DNA of 64,000 nt from Candidatus Eiseniibacteriota bacterium (GCA_963702435.1 CAVPCR010000006.1:127135-191134), one strand, 5' to 3'; shown: positions 1-10,051, counted from the stretch's first letter. Translations and numbers: made by a program. The notes: a model not told the origin generated them from the letters alone.

Positions 1-710
1 TGCGGGACACCCTCCTCGCTCTCGGCGTCGCCCCGGACCGCCTCCATTACATCCCGAACGGGGTCGACTTGACCCGCTTCCCGCCGGCGGACGAGGGCGC
101 GCGCGGCGAGGCGCGCCGTACGCTGGGTGTGCCGGCGGAAGCGTCGCTCGTCCTCTTCGTCGGACGCCTCGAGGAGGTGAAGGGCGCCGATCTCCTCCTC
201 GCCGCGTGGGCGCGAGTCACTGCCCCGGATGCGATCCTCGCCCTGGTCGGGAGCGGGCCGCTCGCCGCCGGGCTCGCGGCGTCGTGCCTCGGAAGCAGCG
301 GGCCGCTCTCTCGCGTGCGCTTCGCGGGCGCGGTCGAGGATCCCGCACCCTGGTACCGGGCGGCCGATCTCGCCGTCGTGCCCTCGCGCTCCGAGGGCCT
401 CTCGAACAGCCTTCTCGAGGCGATGGCGAGCGGGCTCGCGATCGCCGCCACCGCGATCCCGGGGATTGCCGCGGTCCTCACCGACGGCGAGAACGGGCGG
501 CTCGTGCCCGCCGAGCCGGGCGCCCTCGCCCGCGCGATCGACGAGCTCCTCGCCGATCGCGCCGCCCGGCTCCGCCTCGGGCAGGAGGCCGCACGCACCG
601 CCGCCCGGCGCTATGATTTGCGGGTGACCGCGGAATCCTACGAGTCGCTCTACCGCGCGCTCACTGCCCGCGGCCGGGCGATACCTCCCGGCGACCCCGG
701 ACAGCGGTGA
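1..710 (+). CDS. Glycosyltransferase family 1 (GT4-type), C-terminal part; 5' end lies outside the window
   Basis: Frame 3 is open from base 3. The translation ...IPNGVDLTRFPP...LFVGRLEEVKG...PSRSEGLSNSLLEAMASGLAIAAT...GENGRLV is the typical GT1 C-terminal nucleotide-sugar-binding region. Stop TGA at 708-710. Confidence 0.85.
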   Translation, partial: RDTLLALGVAPDRLHYIPNGVDLTRFPPADEGARGEARRTLGVPAEASLVLFVGRLEEVKGADLLLAAWARVTAPDAILALVGSGPLAAGLAASCLGSSGPLSRVRFAGAVEDPAPWYRAADLAVVPSRSEGLSNSLLEAMASGLAIAATAIPGIAAVLTDGENGRLVPAEPGALARAIDELLADRAARLRLGQEAARTAARRYDLRVTAESYESLYRALTARGRAIPPGDPGQR

Positions 711-2436
711 GCGCGGTCGCCAGCAGATCCGTCGCACGGATCAGACGGGCGTAGACGCGATCGAAGGTGCGCGCATCCCCGAAAACGGGGTCGGGAACCT
801 CGGGTGAGGCGATGCGCTCCGGATCGAAGCGGGCCATCAGCACGACCTTCTCCGCCACCCCCGGGTGCGCTGCGATCAGGCGCGCCCGCTGGTCGAGATC
901 CATGACCAGGATGAGATCGGCGCCGGCGACGAGCGCGGGCGTGACCGGCTGCGAGCGGTGGGGCGAGAGATCGACGCCGTGCCGCGCCGCGGCGGCGCGG
1001 GCGAGCGGCGGCGCCGGATGCCCGAGCGCGGCGCGGAGCCCGGCCGACTCGACGACGATCGCCTGATCCGCTGCGGCGGTGAGGCGCGCGCGCAGGAGAT
1101 GCTCGACGAAGGGGCTCCGGCAGATGTTCCCGTCGCAGAGGACGAGGACCCGCCGCGCCGCGAGGCGCCGCGGCGGTCCGGCGCCGAGATGGACGAGTCG
1201 GGCGCGCTCGCGCGTACCGACGCGACCGAGCGCGCGGAGGGAGCGCGCGCCGAGCTCCTGCCCTTCACGGAGAGCCGGCCCCGGATCGCTGAAGCTCTCG
1301 ATCTCCAGGTGCTCGCGACCACCGAGGAGGCGAGCCGCCGCAGCGAGCGCACCGGGTACGGCGCCGGCGAGCTCGGCGAACCCGCGCTCCCGATGCCACG
1401 CGAGATCGCGCGCGAGATGCCGCATGCGCACCCCGGGCCTCCCGGTGGCGAGACGCGGAGGACCCGCGGTGGCGAGACGCGGAGGACCCGCACCGAGCGC
1501 GAGATCGACCGCGGCGCGCGCGAGATCCACGCCGGACGCCGCAGCGAGCGGCAGCGACTCGTCGGGGCCGAGGCTCACATCGAGGAGACGGGCCCGCCCG
1601 GACGCGACCCGGAAGGCGATCGCGAGGAGCCCCGACGGGGCGAGCGGCGCTGCAAAGGCGTGCGCCAGCGCGCCGAGCGCGGGATCGACGGCCATCGTCT
1701 CCGCGTAGGTGGCCGCGCCGTGAGGCCCGTGGATCTCGTGCCGGACTCGGTGCTGGACGGCGGCGACCGGCGCTCCCGCGGCATAGAGCAGCGTGAGCCC
1801 CACCTGCTCCCCCGCGAGCGGCTCCTCGGCGACGGCCGCGCCGAGAGCGAGCATCTCCTCGGCAGCCATGAGGAACGCGGCGCGGTCGCGGACGAGGAGC
1901 CCGCGGCGCCGGGCGCCGCGGCCGCCCCGGCCCCATTGCACGCGCGCCGCCGGCCGGACCAGGATCGGGAAGGCGATCCTCTCAGCCAATAACTGCGCCG
2001 CGGCGTAGTTATCGACGAGATGGTGTGCCGGCACGTCGAGACCCGCGGCGGCGGCCCGGGCCAGCAGCGCGGGGCGGTCGGACCAGAGAGCGACGAGCGG
2101 TGCGGCCGGCACCTCGAGCGGCGAGATCCGCGCGAGCTCCTCGCGGAACGGCGCGAGGGCCGCGATGGCGAGATCGCCGGCGGCAACGAGGAGGGCGGGC
2201 GGCGCCGCACGTGCCGCGGCGATCACCGCGCCGGCGAACTCCGCCGGCGGCCCGGCGAGCGGATCGGGGAGCGCGACCACGCGGCCGATCCAGCGCGATG
2301 CAGCGGCCGGCGGGCGGCGCTCGGGCGTGGCGAGCGCGATGGCATGGCCGGCCCGGCCGAGCGCCCGGGCGACGGCGAGCGCGACGCGGTCCTCGTCCGT
2401 GACGAGGAGTATCTCCCGCCCTGGGGAAGGAGTCAC
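661..2436 (-). CDS. ATP-grasp domain protein fused in frame to a low-molecular-weight protein-tyrosine phosphatase (Wzb-like)
   Basis: The GTG start at 2436 overlaps the TGA of the upstream gene (GTGA). The N-terminal ~400 aa resemble a pre-ATP-grasp/ATP-grasp fold (REILLVTDEDRVALAVARALGRAGH...FPILVRPA...). The C-terminal ~155 aa carry the LMW-PTP P-loop VLVLCDGNICRSP and ...LILVMD...VPDPVFG. No stop separates the two parts. Confidence 0.7.
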   Translation of the reverse strand: MTPSPGREILLVTDEDRVALAVARALGRAGHAIALATPERRPPAAASRWIGRVVALPDPLAGPPAEFAGAVIAAARAAPPALLVAAGDLAIAALAPFREELARISPLEVPAAPLVALWSDRPALLARAAAAGLDVPAHHLVDNYAAAQLLAERIAFPILVRPAARVQWGRGGRGARRRGLLVRDRAAFLMAAEEMLALGAAVAEEPLAGEQVGLTLLYAAGAPVAAVQHRVRHEIHGPHGAATYAETMAVDPALGALAHAFAAPLAPSGLLAIAFRVASGRARLLDVSLGPDESLPLAAASGVDLARAAVDLALGAGPPRLATAGPPRLATGRPGVRMRHLARDLAWHRERGFAELAGAVPGALAAAARLLGGREHLEIESFSDPGPALREGQELGARSLRALGRVGTRERARLVHLGAGPPRRLAARRVLVLCDGNICRSPFVEHLLRARLTAAADQAIVVESAGLRAALGHPAPPLARAAAARHGVDLSPHRSQPVTPALVAGADLILVMDLDQRARLIAAHPGVAEKVVLMARFDPERIASPEVPDPVFGDARTFDRVYARLIRATDLLATALTAVRGRREVSPGRGQ

Positions 2437-3869
2437 GGGCGCGCCGTGCGACCGCCCAGCGTCATGGCGGGAGCGGCGAGGAGCACCCACAGCATGACCA
2501 CTTCCTGGTCCCAGATGTACGTCTGGAAGAGCCCGGCCACGAGGAAAGCCGACGCCGCGGCGAGGGCGATCAGGAGGAGGTCGTGGCGCGCGGCAGCCGC
2601 GAGCGACCGGCCGGCGCCGGAGTCGACGCCGCTCGCTGCCGCGTTCCGGAGCCCGCGGGTCGCGGCGACGAAGGTGCCGGCGACGATGACGATGTAGCCG
2701 GCGAGCGCGAGCGGACCGCCATCGAGGAGGGCGCGCATCGGATCCGAGTGCGCGTGCACCGTGGAGAGGTAGCGACCCGGCACCCGGTAGATCGGGAAGA
2801 GCTCGCTGAAGCGACCGGGAGCGATGCCGAGCGGGTGATCGGCGAGCATGCGGAGCGATGTCTTGAAGAGGAGGAGCCGCGGCGGCGGTTCGCTCATGGC
2901 GAACGTCTCGCCGAGACGGGCGCGCACGGAGTTGTCGGCGACGAGGATGCCGACAACGGCGAGCAGCCCGATCGCCACGAGCACGAGCGGCCGCCGCCCG
3001 CGGCGGGCGAGGACGAGAACGAGGAGGCCGACGAGGACGCCCGCCCACGAGCTTCGCGCGTAGCACCAGAGGAGGCCGAGCCCGAGCGGCGGCAGGAGGA
3101 GGAGCGGCAACCCGCGCCAGCGCTCGCCCCCGGCGGCGAGGCCGGCGGCTGCGAGCAACGCGAGCATGGCCGATCCGCCGTAGGACAGGTGATGCGAGAA
3201 GCACCCAGTGGCCATGAACCCGGTGCCGCGCGCCTCGAGCACCCGATCGCGCAGGAGATCGACCCCGCTCCAGTGCTGCCAAACGGCGTAGACACCCACG
3301 ATCGCGGCGACCACGGCCGCCACCGCGATCGCCCGGCGATAGAGCACCGGATCGCGCCGCGCCACGAGGGCGAGGACCGGCAGCGCGAGGAGCACGCCGT
3401 GCTTGCGGAGCGGATCGTCGAGGTGCTCCGGCACCCTGTTCACGAGGCAGGCGAGCCACTCGCCTGCGAAGAGCAGGAGGAGACCGAGGAGGAGAACGCG
3501 CGGCCAGCTCCCGCGTGCACCGGAACGGACGAGGACGAGGAGCCAGAGCAGCATGGAGAGCGCCAGGAGCGTCTGGCCGGCGGCGAGCGAGACCGGAACG
3601 AGCGCCGCGAAGGTGAGGAACGCGAGCTCCGCCGTCCGGATCGCGAGCGCGCCGCGCCCGGCCGCCGGCGCCTCCCGCGCGATCGGAGCGGGCTCCGCGC
3701 TCGCGCCGGGATCGGGCTTCAGGAGTCCGGTGACCACGGAACGCTGCCCGGCCGGCGCACGGGCGCTCACCGGCGGCCGCTCGGCGGGCGGCGGCCCGGC
3801 AGGCGACCGCTCGGGGGGCGGGCTTGCGGCGGGCGGCGGCTCGCGATCGGCGCCGCCGGATCCGCTCAA
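2433..3869 (-). CDS. O-antigen ligase / polymerase family (Wzy_C-like) polytopic membrane protein with a Pro-rich N-terminus
   Basis: Many hydrophobic spans, and motifs YARSSWAGVLVGLLV and HAHSDPMRALLDGG typical of O-antigen ligase-like proteins. The TTG start at 3869 overlaps the rnc stop; the true start may be internal. Confidence 0.7.
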   Translation of the reverse strand: MSGSGGADREPPPAASPPPERSPAGPPPAERPPVSARAPAGQRSVVTGLLKPDPGASAEPAPIAREAPAAGRGALAIRTAELAFLTFAALVPVSLAAGQTLLALSMLLWLLVLVRSGARGSWPRVLLLGLLLLFAGEWLACLVNRVPEHLDDPLRKHGVLLALPVLALVARRDPVLYRRAIAVAAVVAAIVGVYAVWQHWSGVDLLRDRVLEARGTGFMATGCFSHHLSYGGSAMLALLAAAGLAAGGERWRGLPLLLLPPLGLGLLWCYARSSWAGVLVGLLVLVLARRGRRPLVLVAIGLLAVVGILVADNSVRARLGETFAMSEPPPRLLLFKTSLRMLADHPLGIAPGRFSELFPIYRVPGRYLSTVHAHSDPMRALLDGGPLALAGYIVIVAGTFVAATRGLRNAAASGVDSGAGRSLAAAARHDLLLIALAAASAFLVAGLFQTYIWDQEVVMLWVLLAAPAMTLGGRTARP

Positions 3870-4783
3870 CGAGCCTCCTTCGGCGCATCGCTCTCCGCTG
3901 CGTCCGCGCTACCCTCGTCCTCGTCGCGGGCCGCCTCGGCGGCGGCGGCCGCCGCCTTCGTCCCCGGACCGGGCGACCACGCCTCCCCCGTGCCCGCGAC
4001 CGCCGGCGCCGGGGTCTCGTCGTCCTCGACCACGCGGCCGAGCCTCTGGAGCGCCGAGCGCGCCGCCTCCTGCTCCGCCTGCTTCTTGTTGAGGCCGCGG
4101 CCCTCGCCGAACGCCTTCCCGTGCACGTTCACCTCGACCGTGAACATCTTCTCGTGATCCGGCCCTTCCTCGGAGGAAGTGCGGTAGCGCGGGTGCGTCT
4201 TGTACTCGGCCTGCACGAGCTCCTGCAGGATGTTCTTGTAGTTGGTGTGCGCGCGGTCGGCGAGGATGGCATCCACCCCGGAGAGCAGGTTCGAGACGAC
4301 GAAGCCCCGCGCCGCGGCGAAGCCGCAGTCGAGGTAGATGGCGCCGAGGACGGCCTCGTACGTGTCGGCGAGGATCGAGGCGCGGCGGCGCCCGCCGGCA
4401 TCCTGCTCGGCATCGGAGAGGAGGACGAACTGGCCGAGGTTCATGGATCGGGCCCGGCGGGCGAGGACGCTCCTCGACACGAGGAGGGACTTCATCTTGG
4501 TGAGGTCGCCCTCGCGCTTGCCCGGGTAGCTCTTGTAGAGGTGCTCGTTGACGATCAGCTCGAGCACCGAGTCGCCGAGGAACTCGAGGCGCTCGTTCGA
4601 CTGCTCGATGTTGTCGCCGTTGCCTTGCAGGTAGGACCGGTGCGTGAGGGCCTTGCGGAGGAGGCCCTGGCTCGCGAAGCGGATCCCGAGCCGGCGCTGG
4701 AACTCGGCGAGACTCTCCGCCTCCGGGTCGCGGGGCGTCGCCCGCGGCCGGAATAGAGCCTCCACCAGAGCCCTGAGACCCAT
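3866..4783 (-). CDS. rnc: Ribonuclease III with an acidic/Ala-rich C-terminal tail
   Basis: Signature NERLEFLGDSVLELIV, plus ILADTYEAVLGAIYLD and a dsRBD (KNILQELVQ...FTVEVNVHGKAFGEGRGLNKKQAEQEAARSAL). ATG at 4783 (MGLRALVE). Confidence 0.93.
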   Translation of the reverse strand: MGLRALVEALFRPRATPRDPEAESLAEFQRRLGIRFASQGLLRKALTHRSYLQGNGDNIEQSNERLEFLGDSVLELIVNEHLYKSYPGKREGDLTKMKSLLVSRSVLARRARSMNLGQFVLLSDAEQDAGGRRRASILADTYEAVLGAIYLDCGFAAARGFVVSNLLSGVDAILADRAHTNYKNILQELVQAEYKTHPRYRTSSEEGPDHEKMFTVEVNVHGKAFGEGRGLNKKQAEQEAARSALQRLGRVVEDDETPAPAVAGTGEAWSPGPGTKAAAAAAEAARDEDEGSADAAESDAPKEAR

Positions 4784-4990
4784 GACCGACCTGACTCCCT
4801 CGCCGCTCGATGGCTCGACTCGCGTGCCGGCCCATCCCGGCGCGCCGCCGCAGCGCGGCCGGGCACGGCGTCGACCGGCCTCCGCGCCCGGATCCCCCTT
4901 ACCAGATCGTCGCAGCGGGCGGGCAGCTTGACCGGCGGGCGGACACCGCCCGCGGGCTGCCGCGATCGCGGCGCGGCCCACCCTGAGGCA

Positions 4991-6232
4991 TCAACCCGCG
5001 TAACGCCTGACCACGAGGGCGACGTTGTGGCCCCCGAAGCCGAGCGAATTGGACATCACCACGTCGACCCGGGTCCGGCGCGCCGCGTTCGGCACGCAAT
5101 CCAGGTCGCAATCCGGATCGGGCACCTCGTAGTTGGTGGTCGGCGGCACGATGTTGTCGCGAATCGCCAGCACCGCGATGTTGAACTCGATCCCCCCGGC
5201 CGCTCCCAGCAGGTGGCCGGTCATCGACTTGGTGGAGCCGAACGCAACCTTGTACGCATGCTCGCCGAAAACGGTCTTCACGGCCATCGTCTCGTACTTG
5301 TCGTTCATCGGCGTAGACGTGCCGTGGGCATTGATGTAATCGACCGCCGCCGGAGCGATGCCGGCATCCCCGAGCGCGATCCTCATGGCGCGGGCCGCGC
5401 CCTCGCCACCCGGTGCCGGCGCGGTCACGTGGTGCGCGTCTCCGGTCGCCCCGTAGCCGACCACCTCGGCGAGGATCGGTGCGCCGCGCGCCCGCGCGTG
5501 GTCGAGGCTCTCGAGGACGGCCACTCCCGATCCCTCGCCCATGACGAAACCGTCGCGCCCGAGATCGAACGGACGCGAGGCCCGCTCCGGGGCATCGTTG
5601 CGCGTCGACATCGCCTTCATGGCGCAGAACCCGCCGATCGCGAGCGGCGTGATGGTGGCCTCCGCACCGCCGGTGACGACCAGGTCCGCCTCTCCCTTGG
5701 CGATGATGCGAAATGCCTCGCCGATCGCATGCGCACCGGAGGCGCAGGCGGAGACCGCCGCGAAGTTGGGACCGCGGTAGCCGAGGCGGATCGAGATCTG
5801 CCCGGCCGCCATGTCGGCGATCATCATCGGGATGAAGAACGGACTGATGCGCGAGGGCCCTTTCTCGACCAGCGCCGCGTGCTGGGTCTCGAGGGTCTCG
5901 ATGCCGCCGATGCCGGAGCCGATGATGACCCCGGCCCGGTCGAGATCGACGCCGTTCTCGCCGTCGAGCCCGGCCGCCGCCACCGCTTCGAGCGCCGCGG
6001 CGATGCCGTACTGCACGAAGAGGTCCGTCCGGCGGATCTCCTTCTTGTCAAGGTAATCCTCCGGCTTGAACCCCTTCACCTCACCGGCGATCCGCGTGTC
6101 GAAGCCACTCGCGTCGAAGCGAGTGATGAGGCCGATCCCGCTCTGGCCCTTGACGATTGCGTCCCAGAACTCGGGAATCGAGTTCCCGAGGGGGCTCACC
6201 GTACCCAGCCCTGTGACCACCACCCGATTCAT
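4991..6232 (-). CDS. fabF: 3-oxoacyl-ACP synthase II
   Basis: [17 protein letters not shown]...[13 protein letters not shown]...NAHGTSTP...[12 protein letters not shown]...[10 protein letters not shown], full length 413 aa. Confidence 0.96.
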   Translation of the reverse strand: MNRVVVTGLGTVSPLGNSIPEFWDAIVKGQSGIGLITRFDASGFDTRIAGEVKGFKPEDYLDKKEIRRTDLFVQYGIAAALEAVAAAGLDGENGVDLDRAGVIIGSGIGGIETLETQHAALVEKGPSRISPFFIPMMIADMAAGQISIRLGYRGPNFAAVSACASGAHAIGEAFRIIAKGEADLVVTGGAEATITPLAIGGFCAMKAMSTRNDAPERASRPFDLGRDGFVMGEGSGVAVLESLDHARARGAPILAEVVGYGATGDAHHVTAPAPGGEGAARAMRIALGDAGIAPAAVDYINAHGTSTPMNDKYETMAVKTVFGEHAYKVAFGSTKSMTGHLLGAAGGIEFNIAVLAIRDNIVPPTTNYEVPDPDCDLDCVPNAARRTRVDVVMSNSLGFGGHNVALVVRRYAG

Positions 6233-6348
6233 CGTGCAGATTCCTCGCCCGAGGTGACGCGAGACGGATCCAGTGCCGTCGCGCCTGCTGCCGCGGAGAG
6301 CGCGCAGCTCCCGGCCGCAACCGGCGCGACGGCGCTCGCGACGACCCG

Positions 6349-6597
6349 CTAGGCTTCCTGCTTCACGTGCTTGCGCAGGTAGTCGACCGCGTCGCGAACG
6401 GTCGTCATCTTTTCGGCGTCCTCGTCCGGGATCTCGATCTCGAACTCCTCCTCGAGCGCCATGACCAGCTCGACCTGATCCAGCGAATCGGCGCCGAGGT
6501 CATCGATGAACGAAGCATCGGCCGTCACCTGATCGGCGGAAACGCCGAGCTGCTCGGTGATGATCTCCTTGACTCGCTGCTCGCTGAACGCCGCCAT
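6349..6597 (-). CDS. acpP: Acyl carrier protein
   Basis: 82 aa with the phosphopantetheine site [20 protein letters not shown]. Confidence 0.96.
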   Translation of the reverse strand: MAAFSEQRVKEIITEQLGVSADQVTADASFIDDLGADSLDQVELVMALEEEFEIEIPDEDAEKMTTVRDAVDYLRKHVKQEA

Positions 6598-6692
6598 TCG
6601 TTAACCTCCGCGTTGCGGTCTCGCCGCGGACCGGAGCTCCGCTTCCGGCGCTCCGGTCTCGGCTTTCGGTTGGGCGAGGCCTCGTGCCTCGC

Positions 6693-7469
6693 CTACATCA
6701 GCATACCGCCGTCCACGTGGATCACCTGCCCGGTCACGTACCGGGCCTCCTCCGAAGCCAGGAAGACCACGAGCGGAGCGACGTCCGCCGGCTGGCCGAA
6801 GCGGCCGAGCGGGATCGCTTCGAGCATGCGCTGCTTGACCTCGGCCGCGAGATCGCGGGTCATGGCCGTCTCGATGTACCCGGGCGCCACGCAGTTGGCA
6901 GTGATGTTGCGGCTGGCCAGTTCCTTGGCCACCGACTTCGTGAACCCGACGAGCCCGGCCTTCGACGCCGCGTAGTTGGTCTGACCCGCATTGCCCATGA
7001 GCCCGACCACCGAGGACACGTTCACGATGCGGCCCCAGCGCCGGCGGGTCATGCCGCGGGCGAAGGCCCGCGTCAGGTAGAAAGCACCCTTGAGATTAGT
7101 ATCCAGGACCTGGTCCCAATCGGCAACGCGCATGCGGAGGAGGAGGCCGTCCCTGGTCACCCCGGCGTTGTTGACCAGGATGTCGATCCCCGGCACCGCC
7201 TTCTCCACCTCCGCGGCGAGCGACTCGACGGCCGCCTCGACCGCCACGTCGGCCGCGAAGGCGTGCCCCTGCCGGCCGAGGCCGCGGATCGCCGCCACCG
7301 TCTCGTCGAGCGCCGCCCGGTCGCGGCCCACCGCCACGACGTCGGCCCCCGCCCGGGCCAGCGCCAGCGCGATCTCGCGCCCGATCGAGCGCGACGCCCC
7401 GGTGACCAGCGCCACACGGCCCCCGACCGGTTCGCTCCGAGCCGCCACGTCCCTGTCCTCGCTCGTCAT
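6693..7469 (-). CDS. fabG: 3-oxoacyl-ACP reductase (SDR)
   Basis: VALVTGASRSIG...NNAGV...NVSSVVG...YAASKAGLVGFTKS...QVIHVDGGMLM. Confidence 0.93.
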   Translation of the reverse strand: MTSEDRDVAARSEPVGGRVALVTGASRSIGREIALALARAGADVVAVGRDRAALDETVAAIRGLGRQGHAFAADVAVEAAVESLAAEVEKAVPGIDILVNNAGVTRDGLLLRMRVADWDQVLDTNLKGAFYLTRAFARGMTRRRWGRIVNVSSVVGLMGNAGQTNYAASKAGLVGFTKSVAKELASRNITANCVAPGYIETAMTRDLAAEVKQRMLEAIPLGRFGQPADVAPLVVFLASEEARYVTGQVIHVDGGMLM

Positions 7470-7490
7470 GGCTGCGCCACGCCCCCGGCG

Positions 7491-8438
7491 CTACGACCGG
7501 CCCACGCCGAGGAGCGCCGTCACCGCCGCCTCGAGCCCGGTGGGATCCCCTACCGCGCTGACCCGGATCCCGGGCGCGACCGAGCGCATCAGTCCCTTGA
7601 GCACGGCGCCGGGACCGAGCTCGACGGCATCCTCGACGCCGTTCGCCGCCACCCAGCGCATCGACTCCTCCCAGCGCACCGGCTGCGTGAGCTGGTCCTT
7701 GAGCGTGCGGCCGATGTCGGCCGCCCGCATCACCGGGGCGGCGGTCGCATTCGCGATCACCGGGAAGCGTGCATCGGCGATCGGCATGGCGTCGAGCGCC
7801 GTCTCGAGCCCTTCCCGGGCGCTCGCCATGAGCGGCGAATGGAAAGCACCGCTCACCTCGAGTCGCACCGTCCGCTTGGCGCCGGCCGAGCGCGCGAGGT
7901 CGCAGGCACGCTCGACTGCGTCCTTCTCGCCCGAGATCACGACCTGGTTCGGGGCATTCAGGTTCGCCGCCACCACGATGCCGGCCGCCGCGGCCTGCGC
8001 GAGGACCGGGGCCATCTCGGCGGCGGTGAGCCCGAGCACCGCGGCCATCCCGCCGGGCCGGCGCAGTCCCGCCTCGTACATGAGCTCGCCCCGCCGGCGC
8101 ACGATGCGCACGGCGTCGATGAAGGACAGGGATCCCGCGGCCACGTGCGCCGAGTACTCCCCGAGGCTGTGTCCCGCCGCCCCCGTGGCGTCGATGCCCG
8201 CCTCGCGCAGGAGGCGCAGACAGGCCACGGAGAGGATCAGGATCGCCGGCTGGGCGTTCTGCGTCTTCCGGAGCTCGGCCTCTGGTCCCTCGAACGAGAG
8301 CCGTCCGAAATCGATGCCGGTGGCATCGGCCGCTTCCTCGTAGGTTTCCCGGGCTCGCGCGAAAGCCGCGTAGAGCTCGCGCCCCATGCCGACCTGCTGC
8401 GCGCCCTGTCCGGGGAACAGAAAGACGAGCGTAGCCAT
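7491..8438 (-). CDS. fabD: Malonyl-CoA:ACP transacylase
   Basis: FLFPGQGAQQVGMG...AAGHSLGEYSA...VSGAFHSPLM. Confidence 0.94.
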   Translation of the reverse strand: MATLVFLFPGQGAQQVGMGRELYAAFARARETYEEAADATGIDFGRLSFEGPEAELRKTQNAQPAILILSVACLRLLREAGIDATGAAGHSLGEYSAHVAAGSLSFIDAVRIVRRRGELMYEAGLRRPGGMAAVLGLTAAEMAPVLAQAAAAGIVVAANLNAPNQVVISGEKDAVERACDLARSAGAKRTVRLEVSGAFHSPLMASAREGLETALDAMPIADARFPVIANATAAPVMRAADIGRTLKDQLTQPVRWEESMRWVAANGVEDAVELGPGAVLKGLMRSVAPGIRVSAVGDPTGLEAAVTALLGVGRS

Positions 8439-8531
8439 GCGCCTCCTCGTGCCTGTGCGCCGGGACCCCGGAGGACCGGCGGCCCGGTCGCGAGCGCCCC
8501 CGTTCAGGGTGGCGCGTTCCGGGAGGCCGGC

Positions 8532-8714
8532 TTACGACTCGGCCGGGGTGACCACCTCGCGCCCGTCGTACTGGCCGCAGTGCGCGCACACGTGGTGCGG
8601 GCGCTTCGGCTGGTGGCAGTTCGAGCACTGATGAAATGCAGGGCGATGCAGCTTCCAGTGCGTGCGCCGCTTGGCGCTGCGCGCCCGAGAATGCCGTCGC
8701 TTCGGCAGGGCCAT
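8532..8714 (-). CDS. rpmF: 50S ribosomal protein L32
   Basis: [21 protein letters not shown]...[21 protein letters not shown] prefer Met4 of the listed ORF as the start. Confidence 0.92.
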   Translation of the reverse strand: MALPKRRHSRARSAKRRTHWKLHRPAFHQCSNCHQPKRPHHVCAHCGQYDGREVVTPAES

Positions 8715-8816
8715 GACCGTCAACCTCCGTCAGTGAGACCTTCGTTCGATAACTCGCGCGCCCGACCGGTCCGCCTTGCGCCGCCCGCGGGCGTGCGCGC
8801 CGACCCTCACGTCGCC

Positions 8817-9326
8817 TCAACCGGGCCCGCGCGCCTCCCGCAGGCGCTCCCAGCGCGGATCGACGCGATCGACGTGGCAATCGCACGATCCGGCGTTCCG
8901 GTCCGCGCCGCAGGTCGGGCAGAGCCCGCGACACCCCGGCGAACAGAGCCGCTGGATCGGAATGTCGATGATGATGCTCTCGCGCACTTCGGTGCTCAGG
9001 TCCAGATGATGCCCGTCATGAAAGAGCACCCCGTCCTGACCGGCGAGCTCGTGCTGCGGCTTCGACCGGCGCGCGATCGCGCGCAGCGCACCCGCATACG
9101 CCTCTCGGAAGGGCTTGAGGCAGCGATCGCACTCCCCCTCGAGCTCGCCCTCGTATCGCACGGTGATGTCGAGGTCGTCGCCCGTGCGCGCCGCCACGAT
9201 CTGGAGCCGGATCTCCGGCGCAAACACGAGCCCCGCCCAGGCGAGACCGAGGTCCTCCGGGCTCACCACCTCGGACGAGCGATGGACACCCTCGCCGAGG
9301 CGGCGAAGATCGAGGACGAATCCCAT
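8817..9326 (-). CDS. yceD: DUF177 / YceD-family protein (large-subunit biogenesis associated)
   Basis: It sits directly upstream of rpmF as in many bacteria. It has the C-terminal Cys cluster CSPGCRGLCPTCGADRNAGSCDC. Start taken at MGFVLDL (9326). Confidence 0.8.
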   Translation of the reverse strand: MGFVLDLRRLGEGVHRSSEVVSPEDLGLAWAGLVFAPEIRLQIVAARTGDDLDITVRYEGELEGECDRCLKPFREAYAGALRAIARRSKPQHELAGQDGVLFHDGHHLDLSTEVRESIIIDIPIQRLCSPGCRGLCPTCGADRNAGSCDCHVDRVDPRWERLREARGPG

Positions 9327-9505
9327 GCACGGGCCCCCGCAGTGCGCCTCCCTGGGACCTAATTGGCGCACCGATCGCTGGTTGCCGGCCTCGGGAGCGA
9401 GAACCGTCGGATTCTAGCCGCGGGACCCCGGAGTGTCAACGCAACGCAGGGCGGCCGGCCCTCCCCGGACCACCCCGGGGGCAGGCGACCGGACGTCCGT
9501 CTCCT

Positions 9506-9535
9506 GCTATAAGTGTATTGTTAATATGTAGTTAA
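9506..9535 (-). promoter_or_regulatory. Possible sigma70-type promoter for the yceD-rpmF-fab operon (TTAACT-N17/18-TATAGC on the minus strand)
   Basis: The only strongly AT-rich ~30 nt island in this part of the window (ctataagtgtattgttaatatgtagttaa). It lies ~180 nt upstream of the yceD start and overlaps the ndk stop codon. Confidence 0.3.
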
Positions 9536-9960
9536 CCGGATCGCTGGCGCCATCCGAGCTTGGCCTGGAAGAAAGCGATCTCGTTCCGCGCCGTGTCCGG
9601 GCCATCCGATCCGTGGACCGCGTTCGACTGCTTGTCGATCCCGAACTCGCGCCGGATCGTGCCGGGAGCCGCCTCCCGCGAGTCGGTCGCCCCCATCAGG
9701 GCCCGGAGCCGCTCGATCGCGTCGGCACCGCCCTCGAGAAGGCAGGGCACGCAGGGCCCCGAGGACATGAACTGGCAGAGGTCCGCGAAGAAGGGGCGCT
9801 CGCGGTGCACGGCATAGAAACGCTCCGCCTCGGCGGGCGAGAGCTCGGTCAGCGCCATCTCGCGGATGGCGAAGCCGGCCTCTTCCACCTTGGCCAGGAT
9901 CTTCCCGGTGAGCCGCCGCCCCACGGCGTCGGGCTTGACGATGAACAACGTGGTGGCCAC
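9532..9960 (-). CDS. ndk: Nucleoside-diphosphate kinase
   Basis: [10 protein letters not shown]...[13 protein letters not shown]...GTIRREFG...[19 protein letters not shown]. The GTG start at 9960 gives the canonical N-terminus; the ORF is open up to 9990. Confidence 0.93.
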   Translation of the reverse strand: MATTLFIVKPDAVGRRLTGKILAKVEEAGFAIREMALTELSPAEAERFYAVHRERPFFADLCQFMSSGPCVPCLLEGGADAIERLRALMGATDSREAAPGTIRREFGIDKQSNAVHGSDGPDTARNEIAFFQAKLGWRQRSG

Positions 9961-10051
9961 TCGCGCCCCCTCCCTTCTCTTGCTCCGCAACTCGAGGCCC
10001 GGACCGCCGCACGGGGCCCGTCACTTCCTCCGGGCCCTGCCCGCGTCCCTC

